From the NCBI GenBank assembly GCA_038230375.1, contig JBBRNJ010000013.1, forward strand, positions 70,577 through 134,576: DNA of 64,000 nt, given 5' to 3'. Below the pieces are notes generated by a model. It was given only the letters and a program-made list of their open reading frames with translations, was not told the origin of the DNA and ran no database searches. Shown here one piece after another: positions 19,147-27,208 of the stretch. A program made the translations under genes and the position numbers. The DNA is from Polyangiales bacterium. Its GTDB lineage: Bacteria; Myxococcota_A; Polyangia; Polyangiales; Polyangiaceae. Numbering within the stretch: position 1 is the first letter of the stretch; every line of letters begins with the position of its first letter.

Positions 19147-20345
19147 TCTTCGATCTTCCGTCGCAGGAACTCGCGCTCGGCGTCGTTCGTTGCGAGAGCC
19201 AGCGCTCGCTCGTAGTCGTCGCGAGCATCCTCGCCGAGCTTGCGGCGGTAGTCGGCGCGCATCGCATAGAAGAGATGGTAGCGCGCGAGCGGCTCCTCGA
19301 GCTCGGCGAGCGCTGTCAGCGCCGCAGCCGGACCCGACGCCATGCACACGGCGACCGTGCGATTCAGCGCCACCACCGGCGAAGGATGGAGCGCGAGCAG
19401 GCGTTCATAGGCGCGAAGGATCTTGCTCCAGTCGGTGCCATCCCATGTCGGTGCCGTCGCATGACATGCCGCGATCTCAGCCTGGAGCACGTAGTTCTCG
19501 GGGCCGGCGCAGCGGCGCGCGTGCTCGAGCGCCATCAGGCCTTCCGTGATCATCGGACGGTCCCAGCGCGCGCGTTCTTGCTCGGAGAGGAGGAGCAGGT
19601 CGCCCCGCGCGTTCGTTCGGGTCGCGGCGCGCGCCAGCGAGAATGCGATCAGCGCGAGGAGCCCGAAGACCTCCGCCTCCGTCGGCAAGAGATCGCACAG
19701 CAGGCGCCCCAGGCGAAATGCCTCTGCCTGGAGATCGAGCCGCATCAACCCGCCCTCGCGCGTGGTGTGGCCTTCGTTGAAGATCAAGTAGACGACCGCG
19801 AGCACCGACGCGAGCCGCCCTGGCAGCTCGCCGCGCGACGGGACCTCGTACGGGAGCTTGCTCTCGGCGATCGTGTTCTTCGCGCGCGTGATTCGCTGCG
19901 CGACCGTCTTCTCCGGCGAGAGAAACGCGCGTGCGATCTCCTCCACCGAAAATCCAAGGACGACCTTGAGCGTCAGCGCGACCTGCGTCTCGAGCGTGAG
20001 CACCGGATGGCAGCACGTGAAGATCAGGCGAAGCTCGTCGTCACTCACGGAATCGGTCGGCTCGGGCTGGATCATCTCGTCCTCTGCCAGCAGCGGTGCC
20101 TTCTCGCTCATGACCCGACGATGGCGCGCGGCGTCTCGCGCCTGGTTCTTTGCGGTCGTCGTGAGCCACGCGGCTGGATTTTGCGGCTTACCATCCACGG
20201 GCCAGCGCGAGAGCGCCGCAAGGAGAGCTTCCTGAAACGCCTCTTCGGCCGCGTCAATGCTGCCGAGCACGCGAACGAGCGCGCCCACGACCCGGGCCTT
20301 TTCGCCGCGGATCACCGCGTCGAGCGTCCGATTCAGCTCCTCCAC
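19143..20345 (-). CDS. ECF42-like sigma factor with C-terminal TPR/DUF6596 extension
   Basis: AEEAFQEA, LRLIFTCCHP, YLIFNEG and LQAEIAACH motifs; adjacent to a DGPF gene. Confidence 0.9.
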   Translation of the reverse strand: MEELNRTLDAVIRGEKARVVGALVRVLGSIDAAEEAFQEALLAALSRWPVDGKPQNPAAWLTTTAKNQARDAARHRRVMSEKAPLLAEDEMIQPEPTDSVSDDELRLIFTCCHPVLTLETQVALTLKVVLGFSVEEIARAFLSPEKTVAQRITRAKNTIAESKLPYEVPSRGELPGRLASVLAVVYLIFNEGHTTREGGLMRLDLQAEAFRLGRLLCDLLPTEAEVFGLLALIAFSLARAATRTNARGDLLLLSEQERARWDRPMITEGLMALEHARRCAGPENYVLQAEIAACHATAPTWDGTDWSKILRAYERLLALHPSPVVALNRTVAVCMASGPAAALTALAELEEPLARYHLFYAMRADYRRKLGEDARDDYERALALATNDAEREFLRRKIED

Positions 20346-21043
20346 AGCTCGCGGATCTCCACCCCTCCGTGGCGCACGAAGTCGGCGTTCATCGCAAAGG
20401 CAACGACCTCATCGATCGTCTGCATCCTCAGGAAGAACAGCCCTCCGATCACCTCCTTGCTCTCCAGGAAGGGGCCGTCGAAGATGGCGCGCTGATTTCC
20501 TTCCGTCGCTGCGATGCGGCGTCCCGTGCTCGGCGCGTGGAGGCGAACGCCACCGCACATCTTGTCGGTGGGAAAGTTGTCGCGAGAGCTCGCGTCGACG
20601 CGATCCATGATGTCGACCCACGCGGGCTCGTTTGCGGCGTTGCCGAGGACGGCGCAGCCGAATACACGCCCCGGCTGACGCATCTTCTCTGGGTTGTGGC
20701 TGCCCTTCATGAGCGGCCGCACGTCGAGCGCGCTCCCCGGAGACACCGGGCAACGCTCTGCGAGCTTCGTCGCGGCATCCAGATCGTCTGCTTGCACGAC
20801 GTAGTAGCCGCTCAGCGTCGCCTCCGCGAAGGGTCCGGTGACGACGCGCGCGGCCCCATCGCGCGTGCTCACGCGCCTTCCTTCCGACACCGGACGAAGG
20901 CGCTCGCCGTCGAGAAATACCGAGAGCGCGCGCAGCTCCTGCTCGTAGGCCGTGCGGCCCTCGATGAGGGCCTGCGTTTCGCCCGGCGTGCGCTCTCGTT
21001 CCTTCGCGAGATCCTCTGTGACCATCAACATGTACTGGGGCAT
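20333..21043 (-). CDS. Tandem YciI/DGPF-domain protein
   Basis: TGPFAE and DGPFLESKEVIGG, two copies of the domain. Confidence 0.85.
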   Translation of the reverse strand: MPQYMLMVTEDLAKERERTPGETQALIEGRTAYEQELRALSVFLDGERLRPVSEGRRVSTRDGAARVVTGPFAEATLSGYYVVQADDLDAATKLAERCPVSPGSALDVRPLMKGSHNPEKMRQPGRVFGCAVLGNAANEPAWVDIMDRVDASSRDNFPTDKMCGGVRLHAPSTGRRIAATEGNQRAIFDGPFLESKEVIGGLFFLRMQTIDEVVAFAMNADFVRHGGVEIRELWRS

Positions 21044-21071
21044 CGTGTCCCTCGCGAGCGGAGAGAGTCGC

Positions 21072-21500
21072 TCAGCCGCCTACGTAGACTTGCACTTCGT
21101 CGGGCGCGGGGCGCCCTTTTCCGTTCTCGAGGAGCGCCTTCAGGCTGAGCAGGAAGGTGCCCCACTTCGTACTGCAATGATGCATGAACTCGACGGGCTC
21201 TTTCCAGTCCGCGTGCGTGAAGAGGACGAAGGTCTGACCCTTCTTCTCGACGATCTCGAACTTGACCTCCGTGTCCATCCACTCGCTCGTGCCGCGAACG
21301 CACTTCCAACGTACGAGCGTGGGGCCTGCCTCGACCACCTTGAAGTCGTGGCTGTTGAAGAACGTGAGCACCCCGCCCTTCTTCGCGTCGCCCGTGGCAT
21401 TGGAGTCCCACCAGGCGCGGTTGCCTTCGAGGGAGGTCAGGGTCTCGAGGACTTTGCTGGGGGTCGTGGCGATTCCGACGCGGTGAAGAATGTCCGGCAT
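21072..21500 (-). CDS. SRPBCC/AHSA1-domain protein
   Basis: MPDILHRVGI...WW...FTHADW...CSTKWGTFLLSLK; AGGAG RBS. Confidence 0.85.
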   Translation of the reverse strand: MPDILHRVGIATTPSKVLETLTSLEGNRAWWDSNATGDAKKGGVLTFFNSHDFKVVEAGPTLVRWKCVRGTSEWMDTEVKFEIVEKKGQTFVLFTHADWKEPVEFMHHCSTKWGTFLLSLKALLENGKGRPAPDEVQVYVGG

Positions 21501-21567
21501 GGCGATGCTCCTTTTCTGGGGTTTTCGTGAGGGTTGCTGGAACGGCCTTGGCTCGTTCCGCCCTGAC

Positions 21568-21594
21568 GACGTTCGACCCGTCAGAAACTCTACA
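21568..21594 (-). promoter_or_regulatory. Candidate ECF42-type promoter
   Basis: TGTAGA-N17-CGTC on the minus strand, resembling the TGTCGA...CGTC ECF42 consensus, upstream of the SRPBCC-DGPF-ECF42 operon. Confidence 0.4.
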
Positions 21595-22669
21595 TACCCC
21601 CGTCGATTTTTCCGGAAGCGCCCGCGTCGCACGGCTGCACGCCGGGATACATCGGCGCTGGTGCTGGCTTTCCGAGCCTCACGGCAACCGCATCGAAGCC
21701 GATTCCGAATGAGAGCGCGTTGCAAGGTTGACCCGACTCGTTGGTCCCGTCGTCCAGGATGTCCTGGGCCTGCCTGATTTCTTGCGCGAACACCTCGAAA
21801 ACAAGTTCGTCACAGACGATGCGTCGTGAGAATGGTTCGCCAAATACCCGAGCCCACGACACCACCTCCTCCGTGGTGAGAATGCCGGAGATCACGCCAG
21901 TCGCCGTGCGATTGTTCGGCTCCACGCGCATCATCAATCGCGCCCGGTGAATTGGCACGGGAAGCGACGGATGCCCTCCCGTTGGAATGTGGAGATCGAA
22001 GAGCAAGGTGGGCAACCGCGTGGTGCTGACCCAGGTCCGATCGTTCATGTAGCCAAGGACCGGGAGCAGCGGCCTCGCGGGGTCGTCGGCCACGAAGGAA
22101 GTGAGGTCGAGGTCGCGCACGTCGGTCCCGTCCCACGCAGGGGTCGCCAACGGCGTCGACCGAAACAGCGTGCCGGGGAGCGGTGAGTAGCTGGGCTTGT
22201 TGCCCACACCGTCGAGCTCGATCAGAAGCGTGGAGTCTCCTCCGGCGAGGACGTCGTTCGCCTGATTCGGCGCGTCGCCGACGATCGACGTGAGTATCGA
22301 CACCAGGCTATGGCCGAACGAGTTGTCAATGCCGTTGTCACCGTCCTCTTGCGCCGATTCTGAAGCGGCGGGTGTGTACATACAGACGTCCGTCGATGTC
22401 GAATCGGTCGTTTTTCCGTCGATGTCGAGGCCGTAGCGCCTCCAGGAATCATCGGTATACCCGTCGTACGTGTGGTCGCCGAAGTAGAGCTTCGAGATGG
22501 CGAACACCGTCGGACCGCTGCCGTCGGCCCGAGGTCCGCGCGGATCGGGTGGAACGATCCCCGCGCTCGAGGCAGGTGCCCTTGTCGAGCTGCAGGCGGA
22601 GACGGCCCCTAACGCGAATGATGCGCCTACCATCAGAACAAGCCCCGCAATGAGCCGCTCCAGAGCCAT
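21590..22669 (-). CDS. Hypothetical myxobacterial lipoprotein
   Basis: VSAC lipobox; GLDIDG...DGDNGIDN motif; CNALSFGIGF. Confidence 0.75.
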   Translation of the reverse strand: MALERLIAGLVLMVGASFALGAVSACSSTRAPASSAGIVPPDPRGPRADGSGPTVFAISKLYFGDHTYDGYTDDSWRRYGLDIDGKTTDSTSTDVCMYTPAASESAQEDGDNGIDNSFGHSLVSILTSIVGDAPNQANDVLAGGDSTLLIELDGVGNKPSYSPLPGTLFRSTPLATPAWDGTDVRDLDLTSFVADDPARPLLPVLGYMNDRTWVSTTRLPTLLFDLHIPTGGHPSLPVPIHRARLMMRVEPNNRTATGVISGILTTEEVVSWARVFGEPFSRRIVCDELVFEVFAQEIRQAQDILDDGTNESGQPCNALSFGIGFDAVAVRLGKPAPAPMYPGVQPCDAGASGKIDGGM

Positions 22670-22931
22670 GCGGGGAGTGCTGCACGACCCGAACCAACGC
22701 GCGATCGACAGAAAAACAAGCCGTTCCGTGCGTCGAGCGTGGGGTGACCACCGCGCCGTCAGGTTCTGGTGTTGCTCCGGATTCACAGTGGCTTGATACG
22801 GCGACACGCGAGCCCTTCGAGGCTGCGCCAATTGCGCAAAGCGCGTCCCAATTGTGGGGATGTTGCACAAGGCGCATGTCGGTCACGGGGCGTGGCCTCG
22901 CGTTCTCTGTGCTTTCTTGCGCGCGTTCCCC

Positions 22932-22947
22932 TGGCACGCGGTTCGCT
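22932..22947 (+). promoter_or_regulatory. Putative sigma54 promoter
   Basis: TGGCACGCGGTTCGCT (GG-N10-GC) in the intergenic region upstream of the kinase. Confidence 0.55.
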
Positions 22948-23005
22948 GGACTCGGCACCGAGGTGACCACGCCATGGGCAAAGAGCAACAGGACGGAGCC
23001 CGCGA

Positions 23006-24364
23006 TTGAAGCGCATCCCGCACGCAGTCCGGGGGGATGAGCGACAGCCGCGTGGTCCGAGGCCGATCTCTGGCACACGCAAGGCGACCCGGCTGCAGGC
23101 GCTCGGTCGATACTGGCTCGTCTGCGAGCTGGGCAAGGGAGGCATGGGCACCGTGCATCTTGCGCGATGTGATGGGCCTGGCGGATTCCGCAAATGGCTT
23201 GCGATCAAGACATGCCACGTTGCGCACAATCCAGAGAGCGACGTCGTGCCGATGTTCCTGGACGAAGCGCGCGTCGCCGCCCAGATCTCCCACCCGAACG
23301 TGGTGAGCGTCTTCGACGCCGGCATCGAGGACGGCGTCCACTACATGGCGATGGAGTACCTGCACGGCGAGCCCCTGCGCGAGCTCGTGCGCCACGTCGA
23401 AGCATGCGGAATTCCCGTGCCGGTGCACGTTGCTTGCCGCCTGATCGCAGATGCCGCCGAGGGCCTGCATGCTGCGCACGAAGCCACGAACGATCAGGGC
23501 GAGCCGCTCAATATCGTCCACCGCGACGTGTCGCCGCACAACCTGTTCGTGACGTACGAGGGCACGACCAAGCTCGTGGATTTTGGCGTCGCGAAGTTCC
23601 GCGCGAAGGCCACGGAGACACGCGTGGGCACCATCAAGGGCAAGGTGAGCTACATGTCGCCCGAGCAGGTGCGCGGCGGCGCCATCGACCGCCGTTCAGA
23701 CATCTTTGCGCTGGGGGTCATCCTCTGGGAGCTCACCACCGCGCGACGGCTCTTTCGCGGTGACGACACGCTGGACACGATCGCGCGGGTGCTGGATCTG
23801 GAGATCCGGCGGCCCACCACGCTGGTGCGCGGATATCCCGCGGACCTCGAGGCGGTTGTGATGGGCGCGCTCTCCAAGGACCGCGACGAGCGCTTCCGCA
23901 CCGCGCACGATTTTGCACGCGCGCTCACCGAAGTCCTGTTCCGTCGCGGGCTCTTCGTGACCGGCGACGACGTATTCCAGTACATGCAGGCCGTCTTCCA
24001 CGATCGCATCCAGGAGCGCGATGCGGTGCTGCGAACGTCGGCCGCGCTGTCACTGCGGCGAGACCCTTCCCGTCCGACATACGCGAGCGAGGCCGAGACG
24101 GCTGCGTTGCCGCTCGTGCATCCACCGGCGCAGATGCCGACCACCGCGACGATGTCGGTTCACACGCAGGAGATCGAAGACAGCATCGACATTGTCCTGG
24201 GGGACGATGACCTTGTGGAGGTCATGCCGGTCTCGCTGGCGACCGAGCAGCGCGCTCCGAAACAGCGAACCGCAACGGCCCTCGCCGTGCTCGCGCTGAC
24301 CATACTGGCGATGGCACTCCTCGGCTTCGCGATCGCGATCTCTCTGGTGCTGCTGCTCACGTGA
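23006..24364 (+). CDS. Hanks-type Ser/Thr protein kinase with C-terminal TM
   Basis: GKGGMG, AIK, HRDVSPHN, DFG, YMSPEQ and DIFALG motifs. Confidence 0.95.
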   Translation: MKRIPHAVRGDERQPRGPRPISGTRKATRLQALGRYWLVCELGKGGMGTVHLARCDGPGGFRKWLAIKTCHVAHNPESDVVPMFLDEARVAAQISHPNVVSVFDAGIEDGVHYMAMEYLHGEPLRELVRHVEACGIPVPVHVACRLIADAAEGLHAAHEATNDQGEPLNIVHRDVSPHNLFVTYEGTTKLVDFGVAKFRAKATETRVGTIKGKVSYMSPEQVRGGAIDRRSDIFALGVILWELTTARRLFRGDDTLDTIARVLDLEIRRPTTLVRGYPADLEAVVMGALSKDRDERFRTAHDFARALTEVLFRRGLFVTGDDVFQYMQAVFHDRIQERDAVLRTSAALSLRRDPSRPTYASEAETAALPLVHPPAQMPTTATMSVHTQEIEDSIDIVLGDDDLVEVMPVSLATEQRAPKQRTATALAVLALTILAMALLGFAIAISLVLLLT

Positions 24365-24367
24365 CGG

Positions 24368-26110
24368 TCACTTCTTCCGTGGCTCGTCGTCGTCAGGCTT
24401 CTTGAGGAGCTGCCCGGCACACCGCGCAAGGTCCTCGTCGGATGCCATCCAGTCGAGTGAGTTCTTGAACGCAAGGATGACCTGCGTCAGATCTTGCTGC
24501 GCGTAGGTCATGGCCAGCTGCGAGAGCGCTTCGTCCGTTGGCGGTGCCGACGGCATCATGTCCTTGCTCTCCTCCGGACCGTTGGATGCGTTGGCGAGCG
24601 GATTGGCGAACATCGCGCCCGAAGACAGCACGAGCACACGCGCCGACTTCGGGCTCTTGCCGTGACCAAACCCGCTCGTCAGCACGCCTTCGACCGACGC
24701 GGCGACGATCGCCGGCGCGTGCGGCCCCTCCCCCGACGGGGCGCTCGGCCATAGCGCGCCGCCCTTCGTGACCAGCGCGCTCTCGGTCGACGACCGCGCC
24801 AGCACATGGAACGTGGCCTCTGGTTGCTTCGTCAGCTCGAGCGTGAGCGAAGACGCGAACGGAAACGGCAGCGCGGCCATGTTGAAGAAGATGGCCGCGT
24901 CCTTGTCCAGGAAGCTCGCATCGGGCTTTGAATCGCCGGAGTACACCAGCGGCATGAACGACATCTGACGCGTGCTCATACCTCCGCTGGCGGACGCCAC
25001 CCTCACGGCGAAGCTGTGATGCAGATCCAGCACCAGGTCCTCGTGCATGTGAATGCCGTACGAAGAAAGAAGCTTGGGCAGGCCGTGCGCGGCGAGCGTG
25101 AGCGTCATCGTGGGGTCGCTCGTGCGCACGTTGACCGCGCTTGCCGCGATCACGAGCGAGTGCCCCTGCATCACGTACTCGTCGATGCGCGACAGCTCTG
25201 CGTCCGAAAAGTCGCCGCTGGGCTGCACGATCATGAGGCCTGCGGTGTTCGACTCTGGTGCTGCCTTCGTCAGGTCAGTCTCCACGAACGCGTAGAACGG
25301 GAAAGTCTGCTCGATGATGGCCTGTACGTTCGGGGAGGAGCCCGCGGTCCGTGGCACAAGGTTCGCGGCGCGCAGGCTGGTCTCCCCATGTCCTATGGCG
25401 ACCGCGAGGCGGTAGCCCGCGTGATCCTCGCGTGCATGCAGCTCGCGAATCTTCGAGGTGACCCAGAACTCGAGACCGTCGCTGACGCTGGGCGGCAGGT
25501 ATTTGATCGCGTCGTGCGCGCCTCGATACCTGAGCACCACACCCGAGTAGCCCTTCCGGACCAAGACGGCGTCGCCGTTCTCCTCGCCCTCGGCAAGGTT
25601 CATCTGCTGCAATCCGGCCTCTTTTGCGGCGTTCTGCGAGATCTCGTCGTTCGCCTCGATCACGCGGACCTTCACCTTGCCGGGCGCCGCCGCCTCGTAC
25701 TGGAGCAGCAGCGTCTCCAGTCTCTTGGCGAACTCGTCCAGCTTCGGTGTGCCGCGCGTGACGTACGCATCGATCGCGAGCTCCGACGGCAACGAAGCGA
25801 GGAGACGCGGCGTGGCGTCACAGAGCTTGTCCGGCCGTCCCCGGTAGTAGCGGACACCGCCCGCGGCCGCACCGCCCACCACCACCACGCTCACGGCGAT
25901 CGCGAGCCACGAACGAATCGCCCTGCTGCGCGCACGCGAGAGCTGCGTCGCGAGGTCGGCCACAGGGATGAAGGTCCCATCCTTCGTGTCGGACACATGG
26001 GCGTCCTTCGCCACCACGCCAGTGTGCACGGACTCGATGACGGCCCGCGCATCCAGGGGCCCCCGCACCGGCTCTTCACCAACCCGCAAGTAGACGAGCT
26101 TCTTCGCCAT
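24368..26110 (-). CDS. GldG/ABC-uncharacterised-transport-like protein with N-terminal GYF_2-like domain
   Basis: N-terminal RGP motif, TM, YSGVVLRY, GHGE, IDEYVMQG, VLVLSSG and NSLDW. Confidence 0.7.
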   Translation of the reverse strand: MAKKLVYLRVGEEPVRGPLDARAVIESVHTGVVAKDAHVSDTKDGTFIPVADLATQLSRARSRAIRSWLAIAVSVVVVGGAAAGGVRYYRGRPDKLCDATPRLLASLPSELAIDAYVTRGTPKLDEFAKRLETLLLQYEAAAPGKVKVRVIEANDEISQNAAKEAGLQQMNLAEGEENGDAVLVRKGYSGVVLRYRGAHDAIKYLPPSVSDGLEFWVTSKIRELHAREDHAGYRLAVAIGHGETSLRAANLVPRTAGSSPNVQAIIEQTFPFYAFVETDLTKAAPESNTAGLMIVQPSGDFSDAELSRIDEYVMQGHSLVIAASAVNVRTSDPTMTLTLAAHGLPKLLSSYGIHMHEDLVLDLHHSFAVRVASASGGMSTRQMSFMPLVYSGDSKPDASFLDKDAAIFFNMAALPFPFASSLTLELTKQPEATFHVLARSSTESALVTKGGALWPSAPSGEGPHAPAIVAASVEGVLTSGFGHGKSPKSARVLVLSSGAMFANPLANASNGPEESKDMMPSAPPTDEALSQLAMTYAQQDLTQVILAFKNSLDWMASDEDLARCAGQLLKKPDDDEPRKK

Positions 26111-26153
26111 GGTTCGACGCAGAGTAGCATGCTTCGAACCCGGGACGGCCGCC

Positions 26154-26678
26154 TCACTTCTTCTTCGCGCGCGCCTTGCCGGCTGGTGCCTTTGCGCTCC
26201 TTGTCGCGGTCTTGTTCCTGGGGCTGCTGAGTGCCACCTTCTTCCTGGGGCTGCTCACTGCCACCTTCTTCCTGGCGCCGCTGGCCTTCTTTGCAGCCAA
26301 CTTCCGCTTGGGGGTAGCGGCCTTCTTGCCAGGCATCCACAGCCCGATCGAGTTGCCTGCGGGATCGGTGAACTCTGCGACCGAGCCCATGCCGCCCGGA
26401 AGCTCTCTCTTTGGCATCGACATCCGACCGCCGCTACGTTGGATCTTCCCGAACACGGCGTCGATGCTGCCAACGCTGACGTAGACGGTCACGTTTGGAT
26501 GATGCGTGTGCGAGGTGCCGACGCCGCCCGCGATGCCGCCGGGCTCCGCGGCGACCATCATCCCGTCCCCACCTCCTGGTTGTGCCTTCATCTTCCAACC
26601 GAAGACGTGTTGATAGAACTCCTGCAACGCGTGCGCGTTCGGGCCTTGGATCTGGAACCAGTTCACTGCGTGGGACAT
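26154..26678 (-). CDS. VOC/glyoxalase-family protein with Lys-rich tail
   Basis: VNWFQI, FYQHVFGW, FTDPAGNSIGLW; GGAG RBS; K/A/R-rich C-terminus. Confidence 0.85.
   Translation of the reverse strand: MSHAVNWFQIQGPNAHALQEFYQHVFGWKMKAQPGGGDGMMVAAEPGGIAGGVGTSHTHHPNVTVYVSVGSIDAVFGKIQRSGGRMSMPKRELPGGMGSVAEFTDPAGNSIGLWMPGKKAATPKRKLAAKKASGARKKVAVSSPRKKVALSSPRNKTATRSAKAPAGKARAKKK
26215..26268 (-). repeat. Two 27-bp tandem units encoding RKKVA(V/L)SSP
   Basis: TTCCTGGGGCTGCT(GAG/CAC)TGCCACCTTC x2. Confidence 0.8.
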
Positions 26679-26878
26679 GGCATTTTCTCCTCGCGGATGC
26701 GGATGCATCGACCGTGCCTCTTTAGGCATCGAGCGCCACGCGGCGGACGAGCCCGATCCGCGGCGCCGTGGCTCGATCGTGCGTCACGACGCCACGATCC
26801 ATACAAAGCTGCCACCACGGCCACGCGTCCAGACCGCAAACGCACGCCGTACAGCCCGTTCCGCGCGTGCACTCGACC

Positions 26879-26894
26879 TGGCACGAGCGATGCT
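26879..26894 (+). promoter_or_regulatory. Putative sigma54 promoter
   Basis: TGGCACGAGCGATGCT (GG-N10-GC) upstream of csbD. Confidence 0.55.
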
Positions 26895-26970
26895 CACGAG
26901 TGGAATCAGCGCGGGCACCCGTTGGTGGGACCCGCCACGAAACCAACGTACTCAGAGAGCGAGGACTTCC

Positions 26971-27144
26971 ATGGGCGAGCTGATCGACAAGGCCAAGGGC
27001 AAGATGAAGAAGATTGCTGGTGACGCAACGGGCAACGACAGGCTCAAGGCAGAGGGCACCGTCGACGAGCTGAAGGGCAAAGCCAAAGGGGCCGTCGAAG
27101 ACGCAAAGCATGCGATCAAGGACGCCACCAAATCGAAGCACTAG
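26971..27144 (+). CDS. csbD: CsbD-family stress protein
   Basis: DKAKGKMKKIAGDATGNDRLKAEG...KGK; GAGG RBS. Confidence 0.85.
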   Translation: MGELIDKAKGKMKKIAGDATGNDRLKAEGTVDELKGKAKGAVEDAKHAIKDATKSKH

Positions 27145-27170
27145 GTGAGCTTCCACCGCGACCTCGCCCT

Positions 27171-27192
27171 GGACCCGGCTCGTTGCGGGTCC
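27171..27192. terminator. Hairpin between convergent genes
   Basis: GGACCCG-N8-CGGGTCC stem; no U tract. Confidence 0.35.
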
Positions 27193-27208
27193 TGAGGCGC
27201 GGCGTCAC

